Source of the DNA: Amoebidium appalachense
Taxonomy: Eukaryota; Protista; Ichthyosporea
Reading direction: 5' to 3'
Assembly: GCA_963693365.1 (NCBI GenBank)
Contig: CAVNZM010000001.1
Location: forward strand, 7,642,907 to 7,706,906
DNA: 64,000 bases
This document shows positions 1 through 27,003 of this stretch, in pieces. The notes under the pieces are model-generated. The model made no database searches and was not told the origin of the DNA. It saw nothing but the letters and a program-made list of their open reading frames with translations. Every line of letters begins with the position of its first letter. Position 1 is the first letter of the stretch. The translations under genes and the position numbers were made by a program.

Positions 1-81
<81 letters not shown>

Positions 82-244
82 GGGGGGGGGGGGGGGGGCA
101 CCAATCCCTCGTGCAATCCATACTTAGCAAACACCATGGCAGGGGGTAACGTGAAATGAGAGGGAAGAGGGTTGGTGAAGGCCAAAAAGAAGAGCCGAAA
201 AACCAGAGAGTGGGTGTGTAGTGTTTGTCTGTGTGTGCGTGTGT

Positions 245-289
<45 letters not shown>

Positions 290-489
290 AAAGTCATTGG
301 AGAGGCAGCCTAAAAAATGTCACGTCAACCAGGGGGATAGGAGAAAGGGGGTGGAAAGGCGGTGAGGGAGATTTTCTTTTCTTCCTTTTTTTTTTTTTTT
401 TTTTTTTTTGGGAGGGGGGGGAAGGGGGGGGGGGGGAAGGGGAGGGGGGAGAGGGAAAGAGGGGGGGGGGGGGGGGGGGGGATCAATAC

Positions 490-694
490 GTCTGATGGTC
501 TGTCGAATTGAATTCCGGCGATGAGCCGATCTGCACCCCCACTACCCCGATGCTGAAGGTTCTTGAAGTTGAGATCCTCATCACTGTGTACGTGTACGTG
601 TGTGTGAGAGAGAGGAAGCAAGCACGTGTGTGTGTGTGTATGTATTCGTGTGTGTGCGCGCGCGTATAGGTGGGACGTATGGGGGTATCCGTGT

Positions 695-744
<50 letters not shown>

Positions 745-1577
745 GTGTGTGTGTGTGTGTCCGTGTGTGTGTGTGGGTCCGTGTGTGTGGCAGTGGAAGG
801 GGAGACCTACGCCAAAACACCACCACCACCCATCCACACCACTCGACTCCACCACACCCCGCCCCATCCCCTCTTTTAATCACCCGAAAAAAAAACCGCT
901 TTTAACCCCTCCAAAACACATCAACTATTCAATACATTCTCACCCACCTGTTGATCTTTCTTAGTCTCCGCTCCCGCCCGCACACCACCGGTGCGTCTCT
1001 TGGGCTGTATTCCAACACCGTGTCGTTTGTGTTGAAGGTGATGCTGTAGCGTGTTTTTGGTGGAAACTCATTTGGTTGCAGCTGCAAGTACCAAAAAAAA
1101 GAACGAAAAAAAGAGAGAGAGAGAGAGACTTTTGTTAGTAAGGGGCTTCTTGGTTGGGGAAGAGCGTGTGTGTATTTGTTTTTGTGTGGGGGGGAGGGTT
1201 GGGAGGGGGGCAGGGGGGGGGAGGGGTTGATAATATATGTAGCTGACCTGGAATGAAAAAGGACACAACATCACAGAGCAAAAGAAAGGTAGTAAACACA
1301 AGAAGTAAAAAAAAGGGCATGACAAAAAAAGGAGTGGTGGGGGGGAGGGGGAGGTGGGGGGGGAGCTGGGTGTTTCTTTCTTTTTCTTTCACTTTTCTTT
1401 TTTTCTCCCTTTTTTTTTTAGAAGGGAGGGGGGCTGGGGGGGGGGGGGGAGGGGGGGGGGACGAGGAGGGGGGACAGAATTCATTGCAATGTGCGAAGTA
1501 ATATATACCCAAGGAACAATGCAGTGCATAGTTTGCATCAAAGGACATGTACAAGAAGCATGATTTATAACAGAGCC

Positions 1578-1667
<90 letters not shown>

Positions 1668-2499
1668 GGGGGGAGGGCGGGGGATATTCTTTCTTTTTTT
1701 TTGGGGGGGGGGGAGGGGGGGGGGGGGTCAATGCGGGGATGTGCTTGAGCGTTTGTATGTATGAGCCTGCGTTTGTGCCTGCACCTGCACGTGTTTGTGT
1801 GCGTATGTGAGATTGCCCTAGCGTGTGTGTATGTGTGTGTGCACGCGTGTGCATGTGTGTGAGCCGCGATTGTGTATGTGTGTGGCTAAAAGAACGGGGA
1901 GGGAAGAGGAGGGGGGGGGGGGGTTGGGGGGGGGGGTTTGAATGCGTCAAAAAGTACGAAGTACACAAGAACAAACGGATAACACGATGCAGAATGCAAG
2001 CCATACATAAAGAGTATGCATAATAAGCAGAGCCCATCCTCAGGGGGGGCCCACGTCATCCACAGTACCCGAGTTTCGACCTATTCCCCTCGTTAACGAA
2101 ACCCAACTCAGATACTGTTTCACTTGAACATGAGTAGGTCACCCGTCTTGATCAGAGACGAGCAGGGTTGCTTATGCAGGCAAGGGCAGTGGGAAAGGCC
2201 GGGGGTTAAAGTTGCAGCAGTAAGCAGAAGCAAGAAAAATATAGATAGGAACTCAGGAGACGGGGCTTCTAGGAAGCTCCCCCGTCGATACCTAAGTCGA
2301 TACTTCCCTGGCTAACATACTACACCAGCTGAAAAGAATTAAGTCCCGAAGGCCACGGGGGGGGGGGGGGGGGGGGCATCAGCAGGCCAGCGTGTGCTTG
2401 CCAAATACTGGCTTTGATTCGTGCGCAGATCCTCAAATACCAGCCTACCTGATTCCTGCTGTTAGGCTTCAGAGCCGATAATATGCCGCCTTGTGGCAT
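490..2499 (-). CDS. Spliced gene of unknown function, 3' end unresolved (exons 2499-2449, 1081-948, 583-490)
   Basis: Three exons with GT-AG boundaries and compatible phases (0, 2) join to [93 protein letters not shown]; no family recognised. Confidence 0.6.
1937..2356 (-). mobile_element. Poly(G/C)-associated retroposon-like element, long diverged copy
   Basis: Shares TTTGAATGCG..GTACGAAGTAC, TAAGCAGAGCCCATCCTCAGGG, GAGTTTCGAC and CCCGTCTTGATCA.AGACGAGCAGGGTTGCTTATGCA with the 15059-15465 copy; G-runs on both sides. Confidence 0.8.
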
Positions 2500-5278
2500 T
2501 TTCTTTCACTCTTCATGGCCCAGTTTCCGGGGTGATGTTTCTCTCTGTTCCCTCCTTCAACTGCCCTTAAATTTTTGGTTTTATTGCTCTCTCAAATCAG
2601 ATATTTGAGCTGGCAAAGGTGTTTGAACTTCAGGATCATAATCCGCTCGTTTTAGTGCTAACCCTTTCTGAACATGCCCTCCTGGTAGCCAGTATGCACC
2701 ACCCTCAGTTTGATGTTGCTGCGCAGAGGCTAGGAAAACCAAGGTGCAGTACGGTACACTTAAAAACGTCGAGAGGTTGTAATACATTCAGCGCGCAAAG
2801 CATTCTTTCTTCCTCCTTTTTTTCTTTTAAGCTTTTTTGCATTCAAAAACAACAGAAAACAGAAAGAGCACACTTTGAAGACTGAACAGTGAAGAAGATG
2901 CCAAAGTTTGCGTTATCCCATCGGCGCTTGCTTCAAAGGTGCGTGTAGTCTGTCAAACTGATGACGTAAGATATGTTCCAACTTAGCGATTGGTCTGTGT
3001 GCAGCAGGAAGTATAAATGTGGTTTAGATGTATACTTTAAGACTAAAGAAGGCTGAGGAATAATGACGTCATGATGCGTTCCGAGCCAATCGAATGAGGC
3101 TAATCCTGGGGACACTGATGTGGCACTGTACACCAGTAAACACACCATGGAGTGAGGCACACACACACCCACGCGCAAGTCCAAACACAGACACGCGCGC
3201 GCACATACACGCTGTCACACGCACACTGACCCGCACGCTCGCACGCTCGCACGCTCGCACGCTTGCACGCTCGCACACCCACCACTCGCACGGGCACACA
3301 TTACTAACCCCATCATGGTTACTAATCCCATTATGGTTACATCGTGATATACTCCCTGGGAGCTCTCCTGGGCACGTTCAAACTTGCCACGGTATGTACC
3401 AGTAGGTAGCGAACTTCGATTGAATACTTATATAGTAGGCTAGGATTCCCTTCGTGTACACATACGGTACATACACCGACTATACCCAAGCCTGGGTAAT
3501 GTTTACTAAAGGCGTTGTAGTGATGTAGTGCGTACACAGTGACTAAATTCTGCTGTGCGAAGGTCCCAGCAGTAGTACAGTACATGTGTAAAAGTCTAGT
3601 GAAGTCACTGCCCCAGCCATACACATGCATGATTGTATGTGGTTAAAGGCACAAACACATATCGTTTCCGCATATGTCACAGCAGTGTCACACACGCACG
3701 CCCACAGGCACACATACACGCCCGCGCAGTGCATGTGTGCGTGGGTTCTGTCACTCGCAAACATATACATGTGCACACACACGCGCACGGGCGTGCGCGC
3801 ACACACACATACATACACTGTGCTACCCCCCCCCCCCCCCCCCCCCCTCCCTTCCCCTCCCTCTCGAGCAGAGACGACGAAAAGAGATTGGCAGGGCCCC
3901 GTGGCCATGGTGAGGGACCCACCCCCCCCTCCCCCCCCCCCCCCCCCCCCCCCCCCTCCCCGGTCTCAATAGAGAGCGAGAAAAACGAGCCTCTTTTGGG
4001 CCTACTCAGGCCTGCTTGGATCGGACTGAGAGCCGAGAGCACACAGAGCATTTAACTACCTGAAAGTATTGCTTTCAGTGTATAGTGGCCTTCAAAAAAA
4101 ATGTAAACTACAGGCCTGGTTAAGACTGAAAGGATGCCCGTGATTGGGTGGGTGGGTGTATATGGTAGTGGTGGTGGTGGTCACAGTGTGCACTTGGGGG
4201 AAGGGGGGAGAGTTGGATGGGGGGGAAGGGGGGGGGGGGGGGGGGACAATTTTTAAGGACGTGCATCCCTTTGGGTAGAGAGAGCTTAGAGCAAGTGTTC
4301 CGCACGCGACGATGCAGCACTGGAAAAGACCAGAAACTGTGCCGAAAGCAGGCCTCGGCAGCAGGGGAGGGGGGTGTGGGGGGGACATGCATATGATGAT
4401 GTACATCTTTCCGTGTGTTGCTCATGGTGCACATGTAAAAAGGTTTCTGTTTGGTGTGTTTGTGACAGGAGCAACATTCGCGTGGCCAGTTTGACATAGT
4501 AATATGAACAGAACCCTTTGAAACTACTAACGGCTTTGGTATCAGTAGTAAGAAAAATTAACTTTAAATTTTTAAAAAGAAAAAAAGAAAAAACGAGAAC
4601 ACTGTTATATCTTTACAAATGATGTATATCTTGTCCGTATGTTGTAAAGTCGTTTTCTTACGTGTGTATCTTGTTGGGTGGAAGTACTGTTGGCCTTGGT
4701 GCCGACACCGGATCACAGCTCACATACATGTCGTTAATAAACAGCACACTCCCTCCCCCTGTAGTATTAAGGCCATGCTGATGAACAGGGAGGAACGATC
4801 CCCCCCCCCTCCCCCTCTTTTTTTTCTTCTTTGGCAGGGGGAGGGGGAGGGGGGGGGGGGGGGGGGGGGGGGCTCGGAGAAAGGTGAATCCCTTTTCTTT
4901 GCTTTGCTTTTCTTTTTCTTTCTTTTCTTTTCTTTATTTTTTTGTGTGGGTGTGTGTGGGGGGTTGGGGAGGTTTTTTTTTTTTTTTTGGGGGGGGGGGG
5001 GGGGGGCTCGACATGGTGGTCCAATCTCACAGATTTAAATAGTTGGATAATGATTACAAGCCTTAAAGCCATATGTATACATGAGGGTAACAGAGAGCAT
5101 CTTATCAGAAATGCCCCGCGTTTAAATTCCATCATACTACTCGATACTATGATATTTTTTCTATAAGACATATGTGTCTGTACATATTACAAGCTTAACA
5201 TATATTCTAACAATACTATAAAAAGCAAAATCAATATTGCTGTTGGCGTGTGTGTGTGTGTGCGCGAGTGTGTGTGTG

Positions 5279-5356
<78 letters not shown>

Positions 5357-5622
5357 TAAAAGGGAGGGAGGGGGCGGGGGGGGGGGGAGGGGGAGGGAGG
5401 GCGGGGATTACAAAGACCGGGTTGAGGAAGATGTGCCTGTCATGTATATTGTTATGTAATTTTTATTTGCCAGTGCTTATATATACCGGGAGTGAAAGCA
5501 ACTCACAGAGCTGCTGTGATAGATCACTGAAGTTATGGCTATGTGTATACATTAACTGCATGACGTGGTATAAGCTAAATATTCATTCATTCAACAATAC
5601 TATAAAAAGGAACACTGCAAAT

Positions 5623-5835
5623 TTAGTTGTATGCGGGGTCGACCACATCGAGGATGCTGTAGCCAAAGTCCACGGCGGCCGTCTCCCGGCCCTCGGCCAC
5701 CACCACGCTGGCCTGCCCATCATCGCCACCGTCCATATCCGACGTGCTTTCGTGGCCGGCAGGGGTCTGCAGGACCTTCACCGTGTAGGTGCCGGGGGCC
5801 ACGTTGCCGAATGAGTAGAAGCCCCTTCCCTCAGA
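5623..5835 (-). pseudogene. Orphan coding fragment resembling the C-terminal half of an SdrD-B / Cna-B-type Ig-like domain
   Basis: GC-rich island translating to GRGFYSFGNVAPGTYTVKVLQTPAGHESTSDMDGGDDGQASVVVAEGRETAAVDFGY...YN*, matching the G.Y.F..L.PG.Y.V....P.G....DFG pattern; starts directly at a poly(C) tract; no upstream exon identified. Confidence 0.6.
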
Positions 5836-7246
5836 GGGGGGGAGGGGGGGGGGGGGGGGGGGGGGAAAGGGGGGGGGGGGGGGGGTTCTCAAAAATTCTG
5901 TGTGCAAATTCTGTTTCACGGTTTCAAATATACAAAGTGATCATGCCAGATACCACTGTTACACTAGTGGAACAAACCGGGACAGTTAAGCCTTAAGGGG
6001 ATCATCGCTGATGAGAGGTCAGAATTCGGCAAAGACGGGAAAGAGACGGGGATCGAAGGGTTTGGCATGGTGGGGATCGATTTCACGTGTTGAGGAGAGA
6101 TATATGGGGGCGGGGCAGGGGGCAGCCGGGAAGGAGAGGGGGGGGGGGGGGGGGAGGAAAGGGGGGAGGGGGGAGGGGAGGGATGTGTCCTGCTAGGGCC
6201 TACTAGGCCTCACATCATTCAATCACTGAATTTGAATCATGATGATGTTTGTGTGCAATGTACGCTACATTATGATACATGTACACGAACAACGTATGTT
6301 TTTTGTTGGCACGATGGTGAATCTATCGAGCTTTCATTGTTTTGTTTCGACGTACAATCGGGGATCCAATCAATACCCTGTCCCTAGGCAAGCATCTGAT
6401 GCATGTGCGTCACGTCCGCTCCCCCCCCCCCCCCCCCCCCCCCCCCTCCCACCCCCCCCTCCCCCCGCCTTCCCCCAACCCCCCACCCCTCCTTCCCCCA
6501 CCCCCTTTCCTCCTCCCTCCAAACCACCCCCTCCCCCTCCCCCCATCACCACCATCACCAGTGCACCAGCCCAAAACAAGATAGGGCCAACATTCGAATT
6601 CGAAGGGGAGGTTCGAGATTGAATTTGCACATGTAAATCAACCCCCCCCCCCCCCCCCCCCCCTCCCTGCCCCCCCCCCCCCCCCCCCCCTCTCCCTTCT
6701 TAGCCTCGGCAGCGTCATGATCATTGGTCAACGTATGTGTTGAAAAACAGTTTAATTTTGTATATTAGTTGTGAGCCTGGAGACTGAAACTACGCGGGCA
6801 AGCTAGTAGATCTCCTCCTCCTTCCATCTTTCCTTCTTCTCTTTATTTTCTTTCATATACCCCCCCCCCCCCCCCCCCCCACCCTCTGTATATTCTCTTC
6901 TCTCACCCCCCCATTCCCCCGTTTTTGTTCTTTTTCGGTTCTTTTTTCTTTTTGCCATTGAAAATTCGAATGAAATGAAATACCCATGCAGCCAATATAT
7001 ATGCCCATTGAACCCCGCCTGTGTGATTTGCTCCGGGCATGCTGAACGATTTCCATATCCCTGATCTGTACCCTTTGAATATTCAGAAAAAAACTGATAA
7101 TGCATTCCAAATTACTCTACCCATCCGGAAGTCGAAAGGTTCGAATTCCAGAAATTCGATACATAGGCCACCTGATTATCATGTTACACAAGCTTACACT
7201 TTCCTATATATGGTACTGAAATCACGTATGTTTGTAGGGATTTTCT

Positions 7247-7284
<38 letters not shown>

Positions 7285-7482
7285 TTCTTAGCCTTGGCAG
7301 TGCTGATACTATCAACACAATCATAGATGTATGACATCATCCACAAGATTTTATTGGCTGGTATGATCCCGCATACCAATACATGCACATGGTTAACACA
7401 AATGGAATGCGAAAAAAAAAACACAAAAACAAGACACTAGTCGGCAGACACTGCAGTCGCCGGTTGGAAAAAGCTATGACCG

Positions 7483-7523
<41 letters not shown>

Positions 7524-8285
7524 CTCCACCCCCACAAAAAAATAAAATAAAGAATAAAAAAAATAACACCCACACCCACACCCACACACGTGCACCTTAG
7601 GTGAGGCTTTTCGTTGTGTGTGGGTGTATTGCAAAAATAATCAAAGACATACCTACAGTAAAAATCATTAGATAAAAGTGTTCATACATACATACAAACG
7701 GTATTAAAGAAAAATCAATGCATAAATACAAGTCCGCTTTAAGATTTCCACCACCCTCAAGTCTTTGTTTAGTGATTTATGAAATAATATCTGGCCATTT
7801 AGATGGCATTACACACGTGCATTCATACCGTCTCTAGATCTACATGCATACCAGGGCTCTATAATGTACTACTCAAAGTTACATGCTTGGTTATGGTTCT
7901 ATAGCGAGATTCTTTACAGTATCCAGCTCGGCTATGTTTCCCAGACTATCTAATAAAGTTTTAATTTAACACAAATATCTCGCACCCCTGTGCTGATGCA
8001 GCCCAATCTACTTTTTAGACAAGCATCATGATAGATCGGGATTGAGGACACCCCATATTACTGTTCTTTACAGTTAAAAATTCATGAGCCGCTATTGGCC
8101 ACTGGAGTAAAACCAAAACAGATCACTCGAACATTCAGACAATTCTATAAAACTTCTCCCCACTACTTCCTCTCAAACCCTTATTAGCAAGCGAGTGTGC
8201 ATTCTAGGGCTGTCCCATTGCAGTTTACCTTCTGCATTAGTTTGAACTTATGAAAATAATATTTAACATTAAACGAGGAGCAATT

Positions 8286-21200
<12,915 letters not shown>

Positions 21201-22356
21201 ACACGGTTCCACAGCCTTCCCCCATGTTTGCTTCGCTTGTGCCTCAGCAAGTAGTGTGTTCTTTATGTGCACTAGAGTGTGTCTGTTATTAGAGGTGGGC
21301 TGGGCTGAGCGGGTTGTGTAATTTCATTCCTTTACTTCCTTTTTTCCTGCAAACTATACAGCTTGCTCACTTGGAATTTCTGTCAACGCTCTCTCAGATG
21401 TGTCGTTTTCACTCGTGCACCCTGACAGAAGCCAGTAAATAGAGCACACACATCCGGTAATAGCAAACGATTAACACTGCTCTACTACAGTAACTGTAAA
21501 TTACCTACCCTACATTCGAACATATGTAACCGATCGGTGTTCCATATGTCTTTATAAGCGCCGTGTGCTTTCATGACTTTAGTTTAACCCTAAGCTTGCT
21601 TAAAACTACGCCTACATGAACAACTCGACTCATGATCACTGGAATGCAATAGTGCAAGAGAAATATTTCAACGTCCTATCCATGAAGGCAATTAGAATAT
21701 ACTCTGCAAAGAACAGATTAACGCATTATTTAGCTTCAAGAAAATGTAGTGTTTCTTGTCGACAACAAAAAACAAAAAAGTTTCAAAAGTTATACAAGAT
21801 TGAAATGAAGTGGAGGCTGAGCGCGTTTGAATCTTTCAGAAAATGCAACATTGTATTGTTTGTGCATATCTAAGTTTTAGATATCTACTTAGCAATTATA
21901 TATGTCACATGAATGTAGCCGTGATAGATCTACTCACCGCCACAAAAAAATGTTCCCGAGGTGCCCTCTTAGCCAATCCAGAATGGCCTTAATCTGCCGA
22001 ATGCATTCCTGAGTTTCTGTACATGTACCCCCCAAACTCTTGATGAGCAGGCGCATTATCATACGTATTACAATGTGACGCATATATTGGGGCAATTATT
22101 GTCCACCTTGAGCAGCCTATATAAAACAATTCTTCCATTTCAAGGGCAAATGCTCATGATTTTATTATCAATTTTTGTGCCGAGCCTGAGCCTATAGGCT
22201 ATCAAGTTATGGGGGACAACAGGTGGAGCTCAATGACTCATCTGGACCGTCCATGGCCAGATCTCGAAGCAGTAGCATCAAGTTGAAGACACTAGGTGCA
22301 CATTATTCCGCTAACCAATAGACCAATAGCATGTCTCCCTTGCAGCCGGCTACCAG

Positions 22357-24270
22357 TAGGCCCTTGCAAAAATATCCCGAATATCTTTTGATAATCAGGG
22401 GCCAATTCGATATATGATATATCTCGGGATATTAAGGGGGATATATCGAATGATATTCAGGGGACGGACCAAAAAATGATATATCATAAATATCTTTCGG
22501 GGCATGATATATCCCGGCTTTAGAAACGGGATATATCCAGTGCTCTCAAAGTTATAATATGTGAAAAACAAAACAAAAAGTTACAGAAAGCTCATATTTC
22601 GCACTTCCTGCACTACCAAATCTTTTTTTTAGCCTAAAATAGGCCTAAAAGCGACCGGATTGCTTCGGATTGCCCTTGAAATGACAACCTTGGGGTATAT
22701 AGTCCCTGAAGGGGTCTCACCAAAATAGCGGAAATCAGAACAAAATCCCGTGTATTTCCTTATATGGGTAAACGCAAAGATATTTTTCGTGATATTCAGG
22801 GCCAAAAATCGGGATATTTCGACTAGATATTCAGGTCAAAGTCGAGATACTTTTTATATATCCTGTGATATTCTGGGGCTTTTAAGATATTTTTAAATGA
22901 TATTCAGACCACCTATGACTATTTGGGTATTCCTTTTACTGCACGGGGTATTGATTTCCGCAAGCTCCTCACAGCACGGATCGCTCGTGCGAAGGGTAAG
23001 CTTCACATCGTGTCAAATATGTTTCAACAGGAGTCTGTGATCCATCCTGCGAACCTTCTTCTCTACTATAAACCTTTTTTACGGCCGACTTTCGAATATG
23101 GACTTCCGCTATTGGCCTGCGCCCCACCTCGCGAGGCGGCAATGGCGCTGAACGAGTTCGACGATTTTCAGGGTACTGCGCTACGCACTTTGTTTCGTAC
23201 TCGGTTTGTGCCTCCCTTAATCAGTATGTTTGGTTTATCGTCTGCTGTTTGTCGTATGGAGGAATTGTCTCTTCGTTTTTGTTTTCATTTAGTTAGGCTA
23301 CCTGATGGTCACCCTCTTTATGCTTTCTTTCCCCCCCCTCCCTCCATTCCTCTTCCCCCCCGATTCACCAACGCTACTTCTGAATGTCCTCAGCCTACCC
23401 TCTTTCCACCTGATTCTTCCTCTCGCTATCTCACTCCCTCTTTCTTTTCTCTTCCTGTTTTTTCTGCCTTTTCGCGTTATTACCATACGCAGTATAAGTT
23501 TCTTTCTCGTTCTGATAGAGAAATCAAAGGTAAAACTCAGTCGGCATGTGTTATGTTCCTTAGGCAACACCGTACTGATCATTATCGCTTTTTGGGAGCT
23601 TTGGCAGGATACATTTCTCCTGCTGTACGTATGGATACCACCCTAGTAGATAAGTCTGTATGGTGCTCTGATGTTGATAGGCCGTCGAATGTGGCTGGGC
23701 CTCCGGTAATGTCCACGCAATAAAAAGTGTGTAAACCCCTTGCCTGGGAAGTTGTGCAGTGGCGCTGTAATTCTTGTTTTCATCGCCGCTGGTGCCACTT
23801 TTGTGCTGACCTTTTTAATCGCAAGCATGTTGATAGGTGTGAATTTTTATGTCGCGTTTTACCTCTTTCCCTCCGGGTATCTGCTACACTAGCTGGCAAT
23901 GTGAACACTTTAGACTTTTTGTTAAATTCTGTTGGTCGTCACATTGAGTATTTATATGATTTTCACACCTCAGTATGCACTTGTTACTGGATAACTCGTG
24001 AAGTTTTTATTGTCTTCTCCGTATGCCGTGCATACTTGCATACCTTTCCGTTGAATAAATTCAGTCAAAAGAAAAAAAAAAGATATTCAGTCAATAGAAA
24101 AAAAAATATTCAGGGGCTTTTGCCGGGATACTTTTGTGATAGCCTCGGGGCAACATTCGATATTTTCGCGATATATATATCGAATGATATTCAGGCAAAA
24201 AAAAAAAAAAAAAAACAGTCAAAAGAAAAGATATTCAGGGCAAAAAGCGGGATATTTTTCCAAGGGCCTA
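22357..24270. mobile_element. Non-autonomous hAT-type DNA transposon
   Basis: 23-bp TIR TAGGCCCTTG(C/G)AAAAATATCCCG with 1 mismatch; 8-bp TSD GCTACCAG / GCCACCAG; many subterminal GATATTCAGG / GATAT motifs; no transposase. Confidence 0.85.
22908..24058 (+). mobile_element. 5'-truncated non-LTR retrotransposon (LINE ORF2 C-terminus) nested in the hAT element
   Basis: Frame starts TTYDYLGIPF (RT YLG motif), then thumb-like YKPFLRPTFEYG, an in-frame TAA at 23721-23723, and a CCHC knuckle CHFCADLFNRKHVDRC followed by TLDFLLN; ends at AATAA; possible ATTCAG TSD. Confidence 0.85.
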
Positions 24271-25009
24271 GCCACCAGTAGTAGTATATTTTGCCTTGCC
24301 CGCACGCGCTGCTGAGCTACATTTTTTGTACTCTGCGGTGCCTTCAGTGCATGGTTTACTAAACTGTAGTGATTGGCCAGTTCAGAGTACTTCTTGATTT
24401 AAACAAATTATATATACTATCAACTATTAAAAAATTGATGATGGACTAAAGATCAGGTACATTTTTGACAGACTTTCCGCACGTGCGCGAGCGCGGCGCC
24501 GGCGGGCTCTGCAGATAAAAGTATCCCGGAAAACGTTTTGGTTATGTCCCTTATTTATCTCTATTTTATTTTTTAATCAATTATATCACATTGTCATTTG
24601 CGACAAAACCTTATCACAGTGTCCATACAATTTCGATCCTTGGGTTCTCTGGATATGTTTACAACTACTGGCCCCAAGCGTGTAAACCTATCTCAAAATT
24701 ACAGTTATAAGTTTTTTAAAGGTATCCCATAAATACCTTTTGCTCCAGTTCGAGGATCCACGGTCAGTGGGGTTTACACACTTTTTATTGCGTGGACACT
24801 GCCGTCTCTGCCGCTGAAACGGTCAGACTTGGCAACTTGCCCATCTCAATTTTCTTTTTTTTTTTGTAACCGGATCTATTCAACGGAGAGATGTCTTTTT
24901 AGAAGATAAATATTATGTTGTTACGATTAATATATCAAAATATTATTTCAGAAAATTTCTGTTTCATCGCGGACTCAAGCGGGCGCTGAGCCTCAGTATG
25001 AAAATAACG

Positions 25010-25062
<53 letters not shown>

Positions 25063-25533
25063 CTTGGTCATGGGTATACCGCATTGTGAATAAGGTCAGG
25101 TCATGCCATATACGATATATATATTTCGGGTCGTCACACCGTATTTGCATACCCTGTACACTACGTTTTTTTTGGTTTTCATTCTCAGTATTTCCTATAT
25201 CCCCACCTTTTTTTCTTTTCTTCTTTGTTTTCTTTTCATAATTCTTCTTCTCTTCTTCTTCATTTTTCACTACAATGACGCGGTGTATAAGGCCGGCCCG
25301 GAGGGCCAAGCCGTACAGGTACTTGTAGTTTATGCCTATCATAGCGGCGTAGTATCAATTCATGTCATCAGTGGTGGTCTCATGGTACGCACGCGTGCAC
25401 GTGCACACGCACCGTCGCACACTGACGGTGTGCACGCGCTGCGATGAACTTTACGTTCGATGCACTCTTGCGACCGCGTGCATGCTTTCTGTCGCGGCGC
25501 GACTCGACGGTTCGATAGAGTCCAGTGTTCGCT

Positions 25534-25561
25534 CTACCACCTACTGAGGCGGTGTCTCCTT

Positions 25562-25604
<43 letters not shown>

Positions 25605-25725
25605 AAAAGGGACCACCGCCTGAGTAGATGTATAACGTCGCACGTGCGGCAACACGTCGTACGTACATGTTAGGTGTTCGCTGAATGTGTAAGGAAAAAT
25701 AAGGAGCCATCTCAGTAGGTGGCAG
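25534..25725. mobile_element. MITE-like foldback element with internal poly(T)
   Basis: Terminal IR CTACCACCTACTGAG...CTCAGTAGGTGGCAG; internal IR flanking the T-run; second copy at 62915. Confidence 0.65.
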
Positions 25726-27003
25726 CCGTGCGGCACACGTGCACACACACACGCACGCACACGCGCATACACACGAGAATACGCACGTACACACGTACGC
25801 ACACAGATACACACAACACGCACACACGTGCACACACGCACACACACACGCACACACACACACACACGCGCACCGTGACACGAACAACCATCAAACATGT
25901 GCACGCACAGAAATGATATCATATTAGTGCACCTGAGTACCAGTAGTCGTGTAGGCATTGATGCCTTTGAATACTCATAGGACAGACTTTCATCGCCAAC
26001 ATCCTTGAAATAATTTTCTATTGAGGGGAGGAGGTATAAAGGTCCTTCTGTTACAAGACTGTGACAAGCTTATGTCTCAGTTTTTACTGTTCCTTCTACA
26101 CCCCTCCCCCTCCCCCTCCCCCCCCCCCCCCCCCCCCTTTTCCCTCCCTACACACACACGCACGCACCCACGTGTCACTTCTACAGAGCGCTCCCCACTG
26201 TGAACACAGTTGCAGCTTGTCACACGCAAACACGCACACACACTGCACACTCAAAGCACATAACACATTCACACACACACACACACACACACAGACGCAC
26301 ACCCACCCACACAAATACAGACACCAGCTCGTTACAAGTACGAGTACATACAAAAGTGCACATGCAAACACGCACCGAAATCAACACTGAAAAACCGCAT
26401 AGCCTATCTGGTACACCTTTTATAACTTCCCCACTCCAGCCCCCCCCCCCCCCCCTCCCCCCTCCCCCGTAACACTGAAAATGCTGGCAGCACCGTTCTT
26501 ATATTTTTCTCACATCACGGTTTGACCCATATAATACCCCCCTTTCCACGTGGATGTGCCAATAATTCTTTGTTAACAGCGGGATCAACGTGAGACTCCG
26601 AGGCCTAGGTCTCCACCTTCCCAGAGATCTTGGACTATTTGTACGAGGGGGAGGAGGGGGGGGGGGAAGGAGAGGGGAGGGGGGGGGGGGGGGAGAGGGT
26701 CACGGGGGGAGGGGGGGCATTCCTGTCCGCTCCTCCGGCTCAGGCTCTCCCCACGCTTACTGACCCACGTACGTGTACAGCCACACGCACAAATAGCTTG
26801 ATACCGTTTAAAGTCGCGGTTTTTCAGGGTAAAAGTCTCGCGACCAAGTTTTTGCGGACAGACACCTCTCTTGGCAACCTTGGTAGAGTCACACACACAC
26901 GCACAGGCATGCACAAGGCGACACACAAGGAGCACATGCACACACGCACGTCACTGTACTCCTCTTTGACTCGAGCTGGGCGCCCGCCGGGCCGCGGGTG
27001 TGG

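Noticed and set aside
5940-6075. Plus-strand peptides PDTTVTLVEQTG and DGKETGIEG resembling the N-terminal half of SdrD-B
   Set aside because: Opposite strand to the fragment, wrong order, interrupted by a stop; may be chance
6580-7175. TTCGAA-rich segment as a MITE
   Set aside because: Inverted ends are too degenerate and there is no TSD
21616-21873. 85-aa ORF upstream of the LST2-like gene
   Set aside because: AT-rich, no motif or splice support; probably intergenic
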